In this document: positions 38,633 to 53,283 of the stretch, one piece after another
Layout of the letters: each line of letters starts with the position of its first letter
How positions within the stretch are numbered: the first letter of the stretch is position 1
DNA from: Magallana gigas
Taxonomy: Eukaryota
Direction of reading: 5' to 3'
Length of the DNA stretch: 64,000 bases
NCBI RefSeq assembly: GCF_963853765.1
Contig: NC_088854.1
Coordinates: 22,506,001 to 22,570,000 of the forward strand
Program-made: the position numbers and the translations under genes
The notes under the pieces: model-generated
Database searches by the model: none
What the model was told of the DNA's origin: nothing
The model's input: only the letters and a program-made list of their open reading frames with translations

Positions 38633-40090
38633 AAGCAATAGATAAATTTTGTAACAGTCAGGAGTTAAAAAACTTACAATACCGTCGCTGACCGACGTAC
38701 AGGCTGTATTCTAGTCAAATTGTGTTCAGTTGAAAAATCTTGACTATAGTTTTTACGTCTGATGATACATAAAAATATATTTTGGTCATTTATAAATCAA
38801 CATATCATTTTTTGCATTTTTACCATATTCATTTTTTCATTTGTTTATACATTAAACTTGTATTGCATTGTGTATTTTTAAACTATTTAAAATTAGTATA
38901 TTTGGCAATTGCAGGGTTTTATTTACCGTTATTGTTTTCTTTTCTATCTTACGTTGAAGTTTTAATTGGAATAAATCTCAACTTTAAAAAAAGTTTTATA
39001 TGATATAGCACTTTTACACTTCTTTCTTTCTTTTAAAAAAAGTTGAATTATATTGTTTAAGAAATATGAATTGAAAAATAATGTTTCCTTGGTTGTAAAA
39101 CAACGCCCATATATCAATTACTGTAATTTATATTGATTAAAATACAATTTAATAAATCATTATCCATGCTAGCGAGGACCACACTCGGATAAACAACTGT
39201 ATTCCAAAATGATAATGGCCAATTTCTATTCTCGTTGTCGTGCAATATTCATGAATGATTTTCTCGATATGACCATTCAGTTTTCGATTGTCACATTTAC
39301 TTTTATGCGTGTGCATGTAATATGTATAGAAGTATAATGTTGTTAATTACTTCAAAATCCCAACGGAAGTAGTCTAAATGACCTTACGGAACAAAGATAA
39401 GTATAATAACTATAGGGTACATGTACATTCATTTGCACAAAACCAGCAATATTTAAGTAACATTGAGTTAGTGACTACTTCCAAAGGTCATTATAACTGA
39501 CCATAGTCTATATAGCTATTAATTATTGTCTTACATAAATAGTGTGACGTTTTAGTGATAGATCCTGAAAAAAAAATGTAATTTTTAGAAATTTTTTAAA
39601 AAGGTATTAATGGAACTAATTACTGATTTAAAGAAAACAATTCAATATAAAAAAAAATTATAAGCTCGCATTTGGTAAAATTATAGCACGGTTACATGGA
39701 AGAGCAAATTAAATCTACAATGCAATTTTTTTTTTACATTCTTAAATTAACTATATTAATCAATCAATGTTTTATTGCTCAAAATTTTATTTTGACATTA
39801 TACATGTAGCCAGTGCAGATGAATATTACAACAAATTTAAAGACACTAATTGCTCTTTGTGTTACGCTTATTTCTTTTAAGTGTTCACAGAAAAGTAAAC
39901 GGTATGTAGGAATAACCCACACTTTCGAGATAGAAAACATGCATTTCTCGCATAAATTTTGTAATTTTACACGAACTTTCGTCTACAAATTCCTAGAATT
40001 GATATTATACAGATATATGAAAGAATTCCAAGAATAAGGGAAGTAATTCTTCATCACATTTTTGTTCATTTTAAAAAGAAAGTAGGGTGT

Positions 40091-43000
40091 ATGTACATGG
40101 AACGACAATTCAGAAAAAGAATGTAAGTATTTGATCGAATTAATGTTGTTTATGTACTGTACTCTAGACTTCTGGTCTGTATGATTCTTACGTGTTTCGA
40201 TTAATATACGTTACTTGGTATTATGTCCATTATATATAATCTGCTGTTTTTAGTGCATTAAAGACACGTACAGTCTCATGTCTTATCATGTATGTACACA
40301 TATTTGTATAAAATAGTGTACAGTATGTAAATACTGTCTTAATTTATGACATTGATTTTCCTTGTAAAGTTAACAACCTTTGTCTTCAGTCTATGCAAAG
40401 GAAGGCCGTTATATAATATCACTTCATTAAGAGCCTCTTTTTTATTTTCTTATTAAAGATATAACGAGAAGATTCTTATATACCTTAGTATTTAGTCATT
40501 AAGTCACTTTAAATACAAGTTTCAAATAATAATTTTTATTGGCCCTTCATATCGAAAGATGACTAAAATCTTGCCTTCGATTGGTTTCCTATTGCTGTAA
40601 ATAGGCAGTCGTCAAAGAGCACTGAAGTGGAACCCAAGGAGAGTGATGAAACAAAACTAATAGAAGGGACCAAGAGAAGGGAACTGAAATGGCATATGTG
40701 CCGTCTGTGTTTAGCATGCAAGCTTACATGCATTGGATGGGTAATTTTGGCATACTATGTATGTGTGGAAAAATGGTTTTGCAAAGAATTAGAAAATCCG
40801 AGGTAAGTAAATTTTAAGTAGGTAACATTGTATCTGAAATACTCTGGTACCAAAATTTTTCACCCGCTTCTAGCACAAGTACATATAATATGTGATACCC
40901 TATCGCCGAGAGAATATACCCTTCAAATTTACTGTGAACATTTCTGTATATTTTGTAAAACATGACAAACGTGATTTTATTCTTTTAAAACTTCTATAAG
41001 AAAATGGCAATCTTCAAGGGCGGGAGAACTTTTTTCAGATCTTCTTGTAGTATATATGACCCCCAGACTTATACTGCAAGAGGGGTATATAAGGAAAATG
41101 TTTAAAATTCTAATAGTAAACTACGATGCTACATGTACAATTTGTAACATCTTCAGACAGTGTAGATTCTATAATGTCAAAACCTTGATCCTCTGGACTA
41201 ATTTTTGGGACAAATGAGGGGTTTAAAGTTAAACATAGAAATATATAAGAAAACTATTTTAAAATCTTTTCTCAAGAACTACAATGCTACAAACAGTGAG
41301 ATTACCAGAGAAGCAACATTATATATCTTGCTATTCTCATATCAAGGTCACAGTGGCCTTCTCTACCTTTTTATAGTTATTTTTAGTTCATCTTCTAATT
41401 TTGGTATCTATGACACGTGGATGCTATTACCATAATAAAACAGTTCATGCATCTGAGATCTTAGAATATAATGTTTAAATAGTGGGTATCTTTTTTATAT
41501 TGTTTTTAAGCATTGTCAAATCTTGTACGGGAATAAATTTTTTGAGTTTTACTCAAATGTTAGAACAGTTTCATATATTATAAAATTTAGAAAGAGATAC
41601 ATGAACTATTCTGCAGAAAAGTGATTTGGTCCATGGGCCTCTTGCTACATGTTGTTATATATTCTTAAATACCAATTACATGTACAAACAACAAAAATTA
41701 AAAAAAAAAATGAAAATATTATTTGTTACTCATTATGATACTATTCTATTTTACTTTTTATTACAGTTTTGAGTTTAACGTAACAATGTTGACGCTTAAT
41801 AGTGTTTGTGTGGTCTTTGGAGCTGCATATTTCTGTAGCATTGTTCTGTATATCATCGAAAAGAGGAGACATAATCAAGACAAGTATATGCTTGAATTTA
41901 CAAATAATCATTAATATAATATTAAAAGGTAAAATGACAAACTGCTAAAGCCAATAGTTTTTTAATTGAAAATATACATCGGTTTTTATTGATTTTTATA
42001 ATAATAATTTCTGTCTTGATTTCTTGTTCTTTTATATAATTTACTGAGATATCGGTATCATTAATAGATTTAAGAACGAAAACGATAAGGAAATCAGGTA
42101 CATGCAACATTTTGTTTATTGCTAAAGAACAATTTTATGTGTTTTGAGCCAAACAGAAATGAATTAAAACTTAAAATTTATGAATATAACATTTTGTTTT
42201 TGAAAAAGAAAAAAATGTACATCTTGTAGAATTCTACTTGCTTATCATGTGAACATAATTTGAAACTGGCTTTATTGCATTTTAGATTATCCGAATTCCA
42301 GTCTGAACTTGATCATCTGAAAGAAGAGTATTTATTTTAAACAATTATTTTAAAAGCATGAAATGTATATTTTTTCAAACAACTGTAAACAAATCATTTT
42401 CAAATCAAAAACATATGCATACATATACAATATATATGACACGTCCATTTTCGATTAATATTTTTACTTTTATTCGTTAGACTTCGCATGAAAGATGACA
42501 CATTGAAGAGAGAGCAATTACACTTGGAACAAAGGTAAATATTTTGAAAATAAGACAACATATTTCAAGCCGTGAGTAAAGTTAAAATAGTAACTTCTTC
42601 CTCTTGTAAATCTCTTTATGTAGACCATGGGAATATTTACTTTTTGCATCTAACAATATTGAACAAACGCGTATTGGCTGCATAAGCCTTTACTGAAGTG
42701 TTTCTCATGAAAATTGTTGTTTTCTTGGTAATTATTGTGTTAATTTGGAGTAGAACAATTTCCCAACGATAACCCTTTAGTAAATTCCGTTTTTTCACCC
42801 TATAAGTTGAATTCAAAGCTAAAGGTACTAGATAGTCATACTCATCTATTAACATTTTTTAAGAATCGAAGAGGAGAGAGTTGCAAGGCAAACGGCAGAA
42901 GCAAGGTAATAGTAACAGTGACTGTACAATTATTTTGCACTTTATTTTTCTGGATGATCCAATTATTCATGATGAAAATTTAAAAAGAACATATTTTATT

Positions 43001-45928
43001 GTGACATTCATAAAGATGACCCTTTAATTACATTTAGCATAGATTAGATCTATAATATATATGTTTTGTATTATTCATAATATCTATCATAATTGTTCAT
43101 TAACTAGCTTATTTTTATCCATTTAAGCAACCACTATTACCTTCTATATTTGTAGATTTGAAATGGAGAAAACAGAGAAGGAAAAAGCATTAACAAGGTA
43201 AAAGAACTAAAATACTGACTTATTAATCGCATACATTACATACTTTTTCTGTAGATTAGGTAGTCTTATACATAGGTGTCCATCTATTTGAAATGAACGA
43301 AAACTTCAACACATGGAAAGAAATATAAAAACCATTAATGAGCCATGACTTGATGGTCGACAATGAAATAGACAGACATTGCTGTTTGACACGATAACCT
43401 AAAGTCAAATGACTTGTTAAATTTGCTCAGTTAATTGTTAATCTCATTAATAGTGGCTTATAGTATCTGATTAAACTTTATGACAATATTTTTAATTTGA
43501 AAATACTGGAATCTACTTCCTCATTGATCACTTTTGGTTCTATTTAAGCAAATGGGTTCGTTAAATTTAACAGATGGGCAATTATTTTTATTTCGTTCAC
43601 AATTACTTTAGGCATATTTGACTAAGAAAGAAATCATGCGGTGTTGCAATCGGTCGAAGAACTTGATATACTTATTTTTTAAAAGAAAATAACAATTTCA
43701 TCGAGTCAATGGGCACAACGTTGCCTTAAAATGATTCTTGAACAAACAACAATGCAAACGTTTTTTTAAATTTGCGTATTGTCTTTTATTTTTACAGATT
43801 AAGTGCTTACGCTGGAGAAAAATTGAGATTGAACAACCCAGGATTGGCTGACTTATCTGATGAAAATCGTCCAAACAAACTAGCCGAAAAATTTAGTGAG
43901 CTTTATGACAATGATTGGACGGATGCCCTAGAATCTTTAGCAGACACGAACCAAACCGAGGAATCCCAAACTCAAGAGCTTTTACATATGCTTCAGGTAA
44001 TATTTATAAATCAAAGGTAGTCTGAGAGCATATTGATACAACAGTAAACTTAAAACATTTCTACGTTAAAAACCCGCAAAAATGTACAAAGATATACTAG
44101 TTGTTTGAGAGTTACATGTATATGAAAACAAGTTAAGAACAACGAAGTTCACAATTAATGAGGACTTTTATGATTGAAATCAGGTAAGGCTATTCAATTC
44201 TAAATCTTTACTTTACGTTATTTAGGATATATATGATTGTTGCTTGGAGTTTGCTGAGCGACAAAGAACAAGATTTATCCTGGATATTACTAAACCTTCT
44301 ACATTGAAAGATGAACCACTGGTAAGAATAAGCCGTCCGTGAATGAAATTATTTATGATAAAAACTACCTGTAACTACGTTTAAACTTATTTGAAAAAAT
44401 TAATTTGATGTCCGAACTTTTAGTAAAAAAACTGTTGTGGTTCAAAGAAGATGGGGAATAAGATGGCGCAAATGCCGATCGGTTTAGTAGTGAAATACAA
44501 TTTTGAATTTATTTTTTCCCCAGTTAAATCTTTTCAAATACATGTATATTATAATACAATTTTGAAAAATCACGATTTCTAACTAGATTCAGTTTTTAAT
44601 ATATTTAACAAAAGATAAGAAAAAAAATAATACCAGAAATTTTTGCGGTATCGAACCCATAACATAAAACCCTAGATATATAAAGTTAGCTTATGTCAGG
44701 TACTCTAACCACTGAGCCGTTTCAGACACAACAAAGTAGGCTGTTTAAGTATTATGTGTGACTTTGACCACGAATTTACGGACTTGTATTATTTTTTCAA
44801 AACGTTCCATTGTTGGGATACAAAATGATATTTTAATGTATAGTGGGTCTCTCTCCATGTTTTTGTTGATTGAAATCGGTTTGTTTTCCAATAGACCTTG
44901 CTTAGACTATGGGGAAAATATGGAGCACAGACCCACTCTATGAAAGAAAATGCCTTGAAGTTCGTTCTAAAAAATGACAGTATTTGCAGGTTTTGATACG
45001 TATACGCCTGTTTGAGTCAACATATTCTAAATATTGAAAATGTATATAGGTTAAAAATCAATGATATGTAAAATGTATATTGTTTTAAATGATTTTTAAA
45101 AAAAATATCAGATTTATTGATATTTAAATTTTTAAGTAGTTTGGTCGACCGTGTATGGGAATTTTACACGCCTTATCGACCCATCGTCTTTAATTGCAAA
45201 TACGTGGATGAACCTTTTTCTTTATTACTGTTTTTTTTAATGGAAATGAATAAAATTAATGATGAATTCTCAAATCTTGCTTTAACTTAAGAACTACATG
45301 TATTTAATTCTAATTCTCAAGTTTCACACTTTATATTTCGTGTTTCTAATGTCCTGCTTAAAAGATATTCGTAATCCTGTATACCAAGGTACAATTGACT
45401 GTACTTTCCATTTTTAGGACACAGATGTACCAGGGAGAATTCTGTCAAAAGTGATTGATCTTCAAAAGCAGACGGCATCCGATGCCATTGCCGATATTAG
45501 AAACTATGTTGTAAGTTATGTAAAGATAAAAATAAGAATATGAATATCGGAATCTCTTAATAAAAAAATTCTTGGTAATACATCAGTATATTGAATTGTT
45601 CAATATAGCATTCAAAAGTTTTTCAGACTCTTATGTTGATGCCAAATCAATTTTATTGCAGTTGGCTAAAAAGGAAAACTTCACAAACAACACATCTATG
45701 CAAAAATACTTAGATCGCTGTACAGAGTATTGTTGGATAATGGCTATACAGGATCCGCCAATGATGCTCGACTTTAGTCCGGCACAAAATGAGGAGTTTG
45801 ATAAAGAAATTTTTAGATGTTATACAAGAAATGGAGAGAATGTGGAATTCGTGGTTTGGCCAGCAGTGTTTTTGTACAAGGATGGTCCCTTAGTTACCAA
45901 GGGTGTTCTTCAACCAATCGCAAAATAA
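40091..45928 (+). CDS. SPATA18-like: Gene H: Cys-rich hydrophobic N-terminus + microexon coiled coil + MIEAP-like domain, about 379 aa
   Basis: Exons 40091-40122, 40605-40802, 42286-42327, 42481-42534, 42864-42905, 43156-43197, 43798-43996, 44226-44321, 45418-45510 and 45587-45928, all in frame. MIEAP motifs LSDENRPNKLAEKFSELYDNDWTDA and CWIMAIQDPP...VVWPAV...GPLVTKGV. The first exon and the last acceptor are less certain. Confidence 0.8.
40860..41645 (+). mobile_element. Degenerate Helentron/HINE-type element in gene H intron
   Basis: 3' end GGTCCATGGGCCTCTTG resembles the GGCCTATTGGCCTCTTG end at 50737-50752, and the interior resembles bivalve HINE monomers. The 5' boundary is unclear. Confidence 0.4.
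44441..45193. mobile_element. Decayed TTAA-type MITE in gene H intron
   Basis: TTCAAAGAAGATGGGGAATAAG is an imperfect inverted match to CTTATCGACCCATCGTCTTTAA. Confidence 0.4.
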
Positions 45929-46218
45929 TTGTACCCTTTATTGAACATTATAAAATATGATATTCTAGTAAATCATCGTTTTACAAAATATTTAAAAAAT
46001 ACGTCAAAACTATTCAGTAAAAAGCCCCCTCCCCCCAAAAACCCCCCAAAACTCACAATTATCAAAAATTGGAGAAGATTATAAAGAAATGAATGTGTAA
46101 TCTACATATTTAAGTAGGTTACACATTCATTGGCATGTCAACGCATTTTATTATTGGTGATTTGTTTATGTACAAACGACAATGCGACAATATGTATTGA
46201 TAAATTTTTTTAAAACTA

Positions 46219-47050
46219 CTAGACTTTGACCCGTGCTTGCACGGGCTGCATTTGATATCGGACATTTACGAAATAGATATCGACACACCGTATTGTTGAC
46301 ATTTACGTAACCAAGCTTTAAGCCTATAATAATGCTATCATAATTTCACTACACTCTGCTTCGTTAGAATAATCTAACTGTGTCTCGTAACAGGCCCTCC
46401 TACGGTTAAAATGCCTCCCATATACCCGTAATGTAGCAAAAAATTGCAGAATCGCTCCGAAACCATTTTGGGGGAAAATAATGAAACTGCATTGAAAATA
46501 ACAGTCAAATTATTCTTAACAAACCATTTTGGGGCTGTAAATACCTTTCATCTAAAAATTTAATTCATATTAATGAAGAATTCAACACTTTTTCACCAAC
46601 ATTTTTTACTCGCTTCAAATTTACACACCATGCTGACATTTGGAACTTTGGAATGCACTGCAATGTAAGAGTTATCTCCCTATTTTCTTTGATGAACAGA
46701 ATATATAGCAAATTTTCAATGAAAATTTACACATATTTCTTTTATCGTTTCTGAGTTTATCCGTGCAAATGTGATTTTGTGAAAACATAACCTCCCGGAA
46801 TTTAGCGTGAATGTATTGCGCATGCGCAAGATTGTAAAATCCAAAAAATCCAAATGATTTCCGGATTTTTTAAATGAATTTTCGTTGATTATTAATTAGC
46901 GAAGCCTTATTGAGAAAAAATAAAAACAAATTGGTAATCTTCAAGTACCAATGATGTTTAAAATATATAAAACAGAAGATGGTACTCTTCCAATTTCTCG
47001 GTATTAAAGCCCAAAAATTGGAGTCTATTGTTTTAATATAGTAGTATAGA
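46219..47050 (-). mobile_element. Non-autonomous Helitron (832 bp)
   Basis: The minus strand starts A|TCTATACTACTATATTAAAA and ends with hairpin CCCGTGCAAGCACGGG + 7 nt + CTAG|T. These are canonical Helitron termini with an AT target. Confidence 0.85.
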
Positions 47051-47965
47051 TTTGATTGTTTGTCAGGCATTAATAATGTGGGAGTAAAATGGAACGTTTT
47101 TGCCGAGGATTTAACTGATTTGTGAAATTTAAAATAATTTTTTCGTAACTTTCATTTTCAATAATTTGGATGGATGTAATCGATTTTGGTGATCACCAAA
47201 CCTTAAAAGAGCTATGCTCCAGAATGTCAATACAAAGTCTTACCGTCTTTTTAACCAAAATCCAATGATAAAACAGGGAAGTGTCTGTCAGTGCCCTATT
47301 CCAGCTGTCAGTTGTACATTATTAGATCGACTTTATGAAAATTACATTCATAACAATATGCATAAATGCACATACATAACCACTGACATATGATTCAATA
47401 AATATAAGATTCATTTTACGTAACTATCGCAAACACAACTTTGAAGAGTACTTGCAATTGTACAAGATCTAGCTTTTTTAACTTTCAGGTATCGAATCGT
47501 GTGTTTTAGCATGTTATGTTTAATTTTGTGTTTTATGAAGTATATTTTTTAAAGCTAGAGTAAACGTATTTCATTTTAAAAATAAAAATTGTTGATATAA
47601 CTAATTCACATGATATTGTCACTGAAAGACGCTTACATCGAAGAGGGTCATATTCTAAGCCTGTTGTTGGTTTTTTGTTTTCGTTTTTTTTTCTGAGGAC
47701 GTGTAAGCCTAATTGTCGGACTTGCAATTCTTGTTCGGGATTTTTTCAGAATCATTTGTTAATCAATGCAAGCAATCGCAATAAAATTTAAAAAAGTGAA
47801 GACTCAACAGTCAACGCCTATAAATTTTTTATTTAAAACAATTTACATTAATGATAATATAATATAAAATACATTGCAAAAGCTATAAATATATACTAAG
47901 TACATGTACATATATTTTCAATTTAACGTGAATACAAATTTAATTTTTTGCATATTCGCAAATGC

Positions 47966-48022
47966 ATATTATATTATATTATTATATTATATTATATTAT
48001 ATTATATTATATCATATTATAT
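47966..48022. repeat. (ATTAT)n microsatellite
   Basis: Imperfect pentanucleotide run. Confidence 0.9.
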
Positions 48023-48930
48023 TAATGTTACAACATTTGATATGCAGCTAAACTACTCGCTGACCAGTATGTAACAAATAAATTATGCAAGACTTGCACA
48101 TCTGCCTGATTCAATGTAGGAATTTTAAAAATCGCAAACAAATGGATTTGTGACGATTATTTTTACGGAAGCCATTTAACTTTTTATGCAATGTTTTACA
48201 ATACTGAATTTGTTGCATGTCTTCGTGATACTTTTTTAATTGAAAAAAAATGTTGCGCGGTAGCGGTTACGTTCAAAATTCTTATGTCACAGGTTTCCAT
48301 CGACAAGACATCACTTTGCAGTCTACAAAACCAAGTCAATATTTTAAAAGTGATTTGCATACATTCCTGTTCATTATTTTCTTGTGCTCCTTAGAGAAGT
48401 AACGATGCATAGAGGGATGGGATAAATCTCAAAATTGACAATAAAGTTGATTAGGTTTAAAATAATTTTATTTTTTTAAGGCTGCATTGAAATGAAAAAA
48501 AATTACCTTGCTTTTTCCGTTTTATAGGTTGCATATATCGATTGATCCGCACACAATACACGATTTAGAGTAATGGTCTGTCAATGCGAGAAATATCGAT
48601 GTAGATAAGATAAAAAAAACTTATTGTGCAAAGTATGTTTTCTGGTATTAACATGAAACCAAAAAAAAAAAACTTGAAGCTTTTTATTTACGACAGTCAT
48701 GTATTCATACAATTATTTTAATGGAAAGGATCAATTGTATATTACAATTGAATTGACCTATAGGGCCGGTATTGGTTTCTGTCTCTAAAAAAAGCATATC
48801 GATTTCCGTTCCATTTCTTGATTTTAGGCCATACACAGTAAACGCTTGAGTTCTAGTTCCCATAATGTATAGTGATTGAAAAAAAGCTTCACAGTCGTTG
48901 TTCAAGCAGTATGAGTAATGGACGCTTTTT

Positions 48931-50753
48931 TTTAGGTCACCTGAGTAAACTCAGGTGACCTATTGCTATCCGTTTTCGTCCGTCGTCGTGCGTCGTGCTA
49001 CATGCGTTAACAATTTTACATTTTTAACTTCTTCTTAAAAACTACAAGGCTAATTGTTACCATTTCTGGTGTGAGGCATCTTTATAGTAAGAGGAATCTA
49101 AACTGTGAAATTCGTGGCTCTACCACATCCGGGGCACCACAATCTTAGAAATCGTCTTCTCTACTCCCATATATATTTGTTAAAAACTAAATGCATGATT
49201 ATGATGTCCATGTAGCCCTCTACCAAAATTGTGAAATTCATGACCCCTGTGTCAGGGGTTCAGGCTCTAGGGTGGGGCCAATATGGCCATATAGTAAAAA
49301 TGTATTAAATCTTAGAAAATTTTCTTCTCTACTCCCATATATATTTGTTAAAAACTAAATGCATGATTATGATGTCCATGTAGCCCTCTACCAAAATTGT
49401 GAAATTCATGGCCCCTGGGTCAGGGTTCAGGCTCTAGGGTGGGGCCAATATGGCCATATAGTAAATATGTATTAAATCTTTAAAAAGTTTTTTCTTTATC
49501 CCCAAACATATAGGCAAAAAACTGAATACGTGGTTATGTAGTCCACTAGCTTCTCTACCTAAATTGTGAAATTCATGGCCCCTAGGTCAGGGGCTCAGGA
49601 TACGGGGGGGGGGGGGGGGGTCAATATGGCAATATAGTGCTAATGCGTACAGAGTATAATGTTTTAAAATCTTCTTCTCTATTCTCATGAGCACACATCT
49701 GTATGAAAAACTGACTTCATAATTCTGTTTACCAGGAAGTCCTCTACTGAAATTTTAAATTTCATGTCCCTTGGAGTATGAGTTTTGACTCTAGGGCAGG
49801 GCCAAAATGGATGTATAGGTGTTAATGCATATAATGTTTAATCAAAGTACTGAAGTACTGACGGAAGTTGATTTTATCGATTATCATTTATTTTAAAATC
49901 AATTTTTCTTGCATGGCAATTAGTTTCTAGTTCGTATATGAAATACGCACTTTTTATAATATGAGTTTTTAGACTTTTCCGACAAGAATTTCGAGAAACC
50001 CCATATGAATCATGTTGTGTAATATTTAAAGATAGATTTCAACTACTTGTTTGTATTAGTTATCGAAACAATTCTAAAAATTGTATGGATCCAAGCACTA
50101 TTGATATCGAACTCTAGTCTCGTTTATCTAGACGCTCGGCTGTCTCCGTTAATATCCGACAAGCAAGAGAGCCCCCTTTCTCTGCTTGTCGCAGATTTAC
50201 TGAGACAGCCGAGCGTCTGGTTGAACGAGACTTTATTAACTCTCGCGTAGGAATACACGAGACTACAAAAATATCTAAATTGTTCGTAGTATATAACATC
50301 TGACTATTTTCAAAGTGTTTATAGATAAGTTTCCTTGAAAAACAATGCTTCAGCATACATTACAACGAATTTTTTCTATTATTTTCAAGAACTTAGTCTT
50401 GTCAGCGGTGATGATTTGTGCTTAGGTCCAAACACTGTTTCACTTTCGATTTGCCAGAGTAACTGCATAGGAGAGTTGATTAAAATCAACTCCCAAAAAT
50501 TATCTTCTTTACTACCACACACCTGAAAGGAAAACTGAATTCATGATTTTGTAGACCAGATCTTTAAGTTTTTAATTTATAGGTTTCATTGTTCTTTTTG
50601 AAAGATTTTAGGCAGGGAGTTGGTCGTCATTACAAATTCATAATTTTTCTACTCCAGAATGAAACCCAATTAAATGAATATGAGACTCCTCGACAAGTTT
50701 GTGTATGGGTTATATGCTACTCAGGTGACCGTTAAGGCCTATTGGCCTCTTGT
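48931..50753 (+). mobile_element. Helentron/HINE-type element with internal about-168-bp tandem repeats and a nested insertion
   Basis: 5' hairpin GGTCACCTGAGTAAACTCAGGTGACC, then a (CGT)-type microsatellite and about 4 monomers of about 168 bp (49156, 49324, about 49490, about 49670). 3' CTCAGGTGACC + GGCCTATTGGCC-TCTTGT in a T-rich site. An unrelated insert lies at about 49841-50495. Confidence 0.85.
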
Positions 50754-51165
50754 TTTACTTTATTATCTTTAAATTTTACTTTCAGTTTACTTTCTTTAAT
50801 ACGATACATGCAGTTTTATGCGTTTATTAACAATCAGGGACATATAAGGAACTATGTCCCGTGTGACGTGATTTTAAAGATCGTTCTATGCATCAGTATC
50901 TGGGACCAGTGGTTCTGATATACTCGGTAATGGAGCTATGTAAATTAAATTATGCATAAATACATGTATGTTAAGCATGTGATATAAACTGACAGATGTG
51001 TGAATTCAATCCTAATTTATACACCTTCTAATTTAATTTAAAGACATTAACACAATTGTGTCTTGTATCCTATATCTTATATATACCATCTATAGTCCTG
51101 TGTGTGTATAATTATATTAATGCATGTGTGTGCGAGTGTGGATTAACATATTGTTGATTTCATAC

Positions 51166-52540
51166 CATCTGTATCAATTCCTCCTTCCACGCCACAGAGG
51201 TTTGGCTCCCCATCAGCCAGGCGGAGGTACGTCTCCTCACCTGGTGTGAGTGGAGGTAGTGGGGGCCGCCGCCAGTCTTGGGACGCTTCAGCCCATCAAG
51301 CTTTTCTTTACCTTAAAAAGAAAAGATGTGAAATAATAAGAGTCTTGATAATAATTCATAGTTATCTATCATTGTCCTTTAAACCTGGAGTGTTTTTTTT
51401 AACTTAATACATTACATTTTCATGCATAAATACATTCTAAATTGCCATTTCATTTAATTATTTTAATAAATAATGAAATATATGTCACAGGGTGAATTAT
51501 TCATTGATCCAATATTCATTTTAATATATTGATACAGGTATATTATGTACGAATATTCATATATCATTTTCATCATCGTCTATAAACATAGTGAATAGTG
51601 ATCACTGGAATTCATATTTTTTTACTACGTTCCCACATTTTATTCATGGTTGATATTTAAGAAAAAGTGAATGAGTGGTTTTACAAGTTTTACATTTAAG
51701 TGCGCACGCTTGGTGCCAAATCCTAAATCTAAGACAATTCACCCCCAGACAGCCGAGAGAAAGGAAGAGTCTATCTCCTTCTCCATATATTATCTATTCC
51801 ATAATAGTGATATAAAATATCTGTCATTTAGGTAAGTTCATTTACCGCAGTTGCCTAAGTTATCTGTTGAAATAATTAATTATTTAAAACGTAAATTAAT
51901 CATATTCAAATATCTTAAAATATATTTTATGCGTGAATCTAAGTTGTGTGAGTGTGTATCTTATTATATTCATTTCTGTAATAATTATTGTTACAGATCA
52001 CCATAAATTCTATATATTGCAAAATATAAATTACAAGAACCCAACAGCTGAGTTGTTCATTCTATCAACAACAACGATTTGCGTCAACATCAAATTGCGG
52101 CTGTGACATATATATTGTCAGTAAACTATATCATTGGTATATTGAATGCTGAAAATGATTTGGTCACTCGGTACAGTTTTATTGGAATGCCATAATTTTT
52201 AATTACATGACTTAAATCTCTTTGTAAATAGGAAAGTAATACACTTGCAGACACCAGTGTAAAATTTATATATATGTACAGTATATTGGGTATTCAAAAA
52301 CTCAAAATATATATGCCCAATAGACTCATAGGTCCAGCATGTGTATAATTCAACAGTCAAAAATCGTTCAAAGCAATAATTAATCTGCTTGATTTAATTT
52401 GTTATTCAATTTGTGTAAATATATTGATAAATAAGATTAATCATACATTCACCATTAAATACACATACACACTTACTTCTTGACTTCACATTGTAATACT
52501 TTTTCTTCAACTCCTCCCATTCCGTTCTTTTAGTGTCGAA
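51166..52540 (-). pseudogene. Harbinger/PIF-type Myb/SANT-like DNA-binding protein relic
   Basis: Exons 52540-52477 (FDTKRTEWEELKKKYYNVKSR) and 51311-51166 (SKEKLDGLKRPKTGGGP..LPPLTPGEETYLRLADGEPNLCGVEGGIDTD). The second needs a 1-nt correction in a C run. The KTGGG...LTP.EE...G..GG.DT pattern is typical of this family. Confidence 0.7.
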
Positions 52541-53283
52541 CTGTCTCCAATAAAGGAAATGTCACGGTGTGACATCGTTCAATCTTTCGGACTATTTTTA
52601 ATTATTGTGTAAATTAACTTTTTCGGACTTTGTGTTAATTGCTACAAAAACTTTTCATCTATTTCGACAACTGTTTTATAAACGTTATAAATTCCGCGCA
52701 GCATTAATCCCACCTGAGGCACAATCAGTGATGGACAGCTAATCTTTTAATTGACTTCTGTTTATGTTTATTGACACTTGATCTTTCATCTTATTAATCT
52801 TTTTATGTAAAATGTCATGATTTACTCGATCAATAGCTGTTTGATAACTAAGCTTACATCTGTACTTATGATGTTAGTCCTTCATTGTGTTGTTCCATTG
52901 TTCATTATATATTATTCTGAATTGTAAATTATAGGCAGTTGGAACCAGACCTTCGCTGCTGATGCATACCAAACTCACGTAAAAGTACATTTCATGTCAA
53001 GTCTATATTGAAGTCTGAAAACTAAAACGCGTGTTGGCTTGTTGGAGGTTTCATGAGGCTGGGTCCAACAACAAGTAGAATAAGCTCACGGTTGGCCCAG
53101 TATTAGTACTGTACGAGAGAGAGAGCGCCCCGTAATAGAGAGCCTATTAATGAATGCACGCGGAACTATAAACACCATTGACCAAACTGTAAAGAAAAAC
53201 TAAAACCAAACAAACTACGAAATGCATTTTGAATGTACGTAATTGTTGTATGCACACAAAAATACAATTAGGGCTCTATATAT

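Noticed and set aside
49140-49830. CRISPR-like array
   Set aside because: Contiguous 168-bp tandem monomers without unique spacers in eukaryotic DNA.
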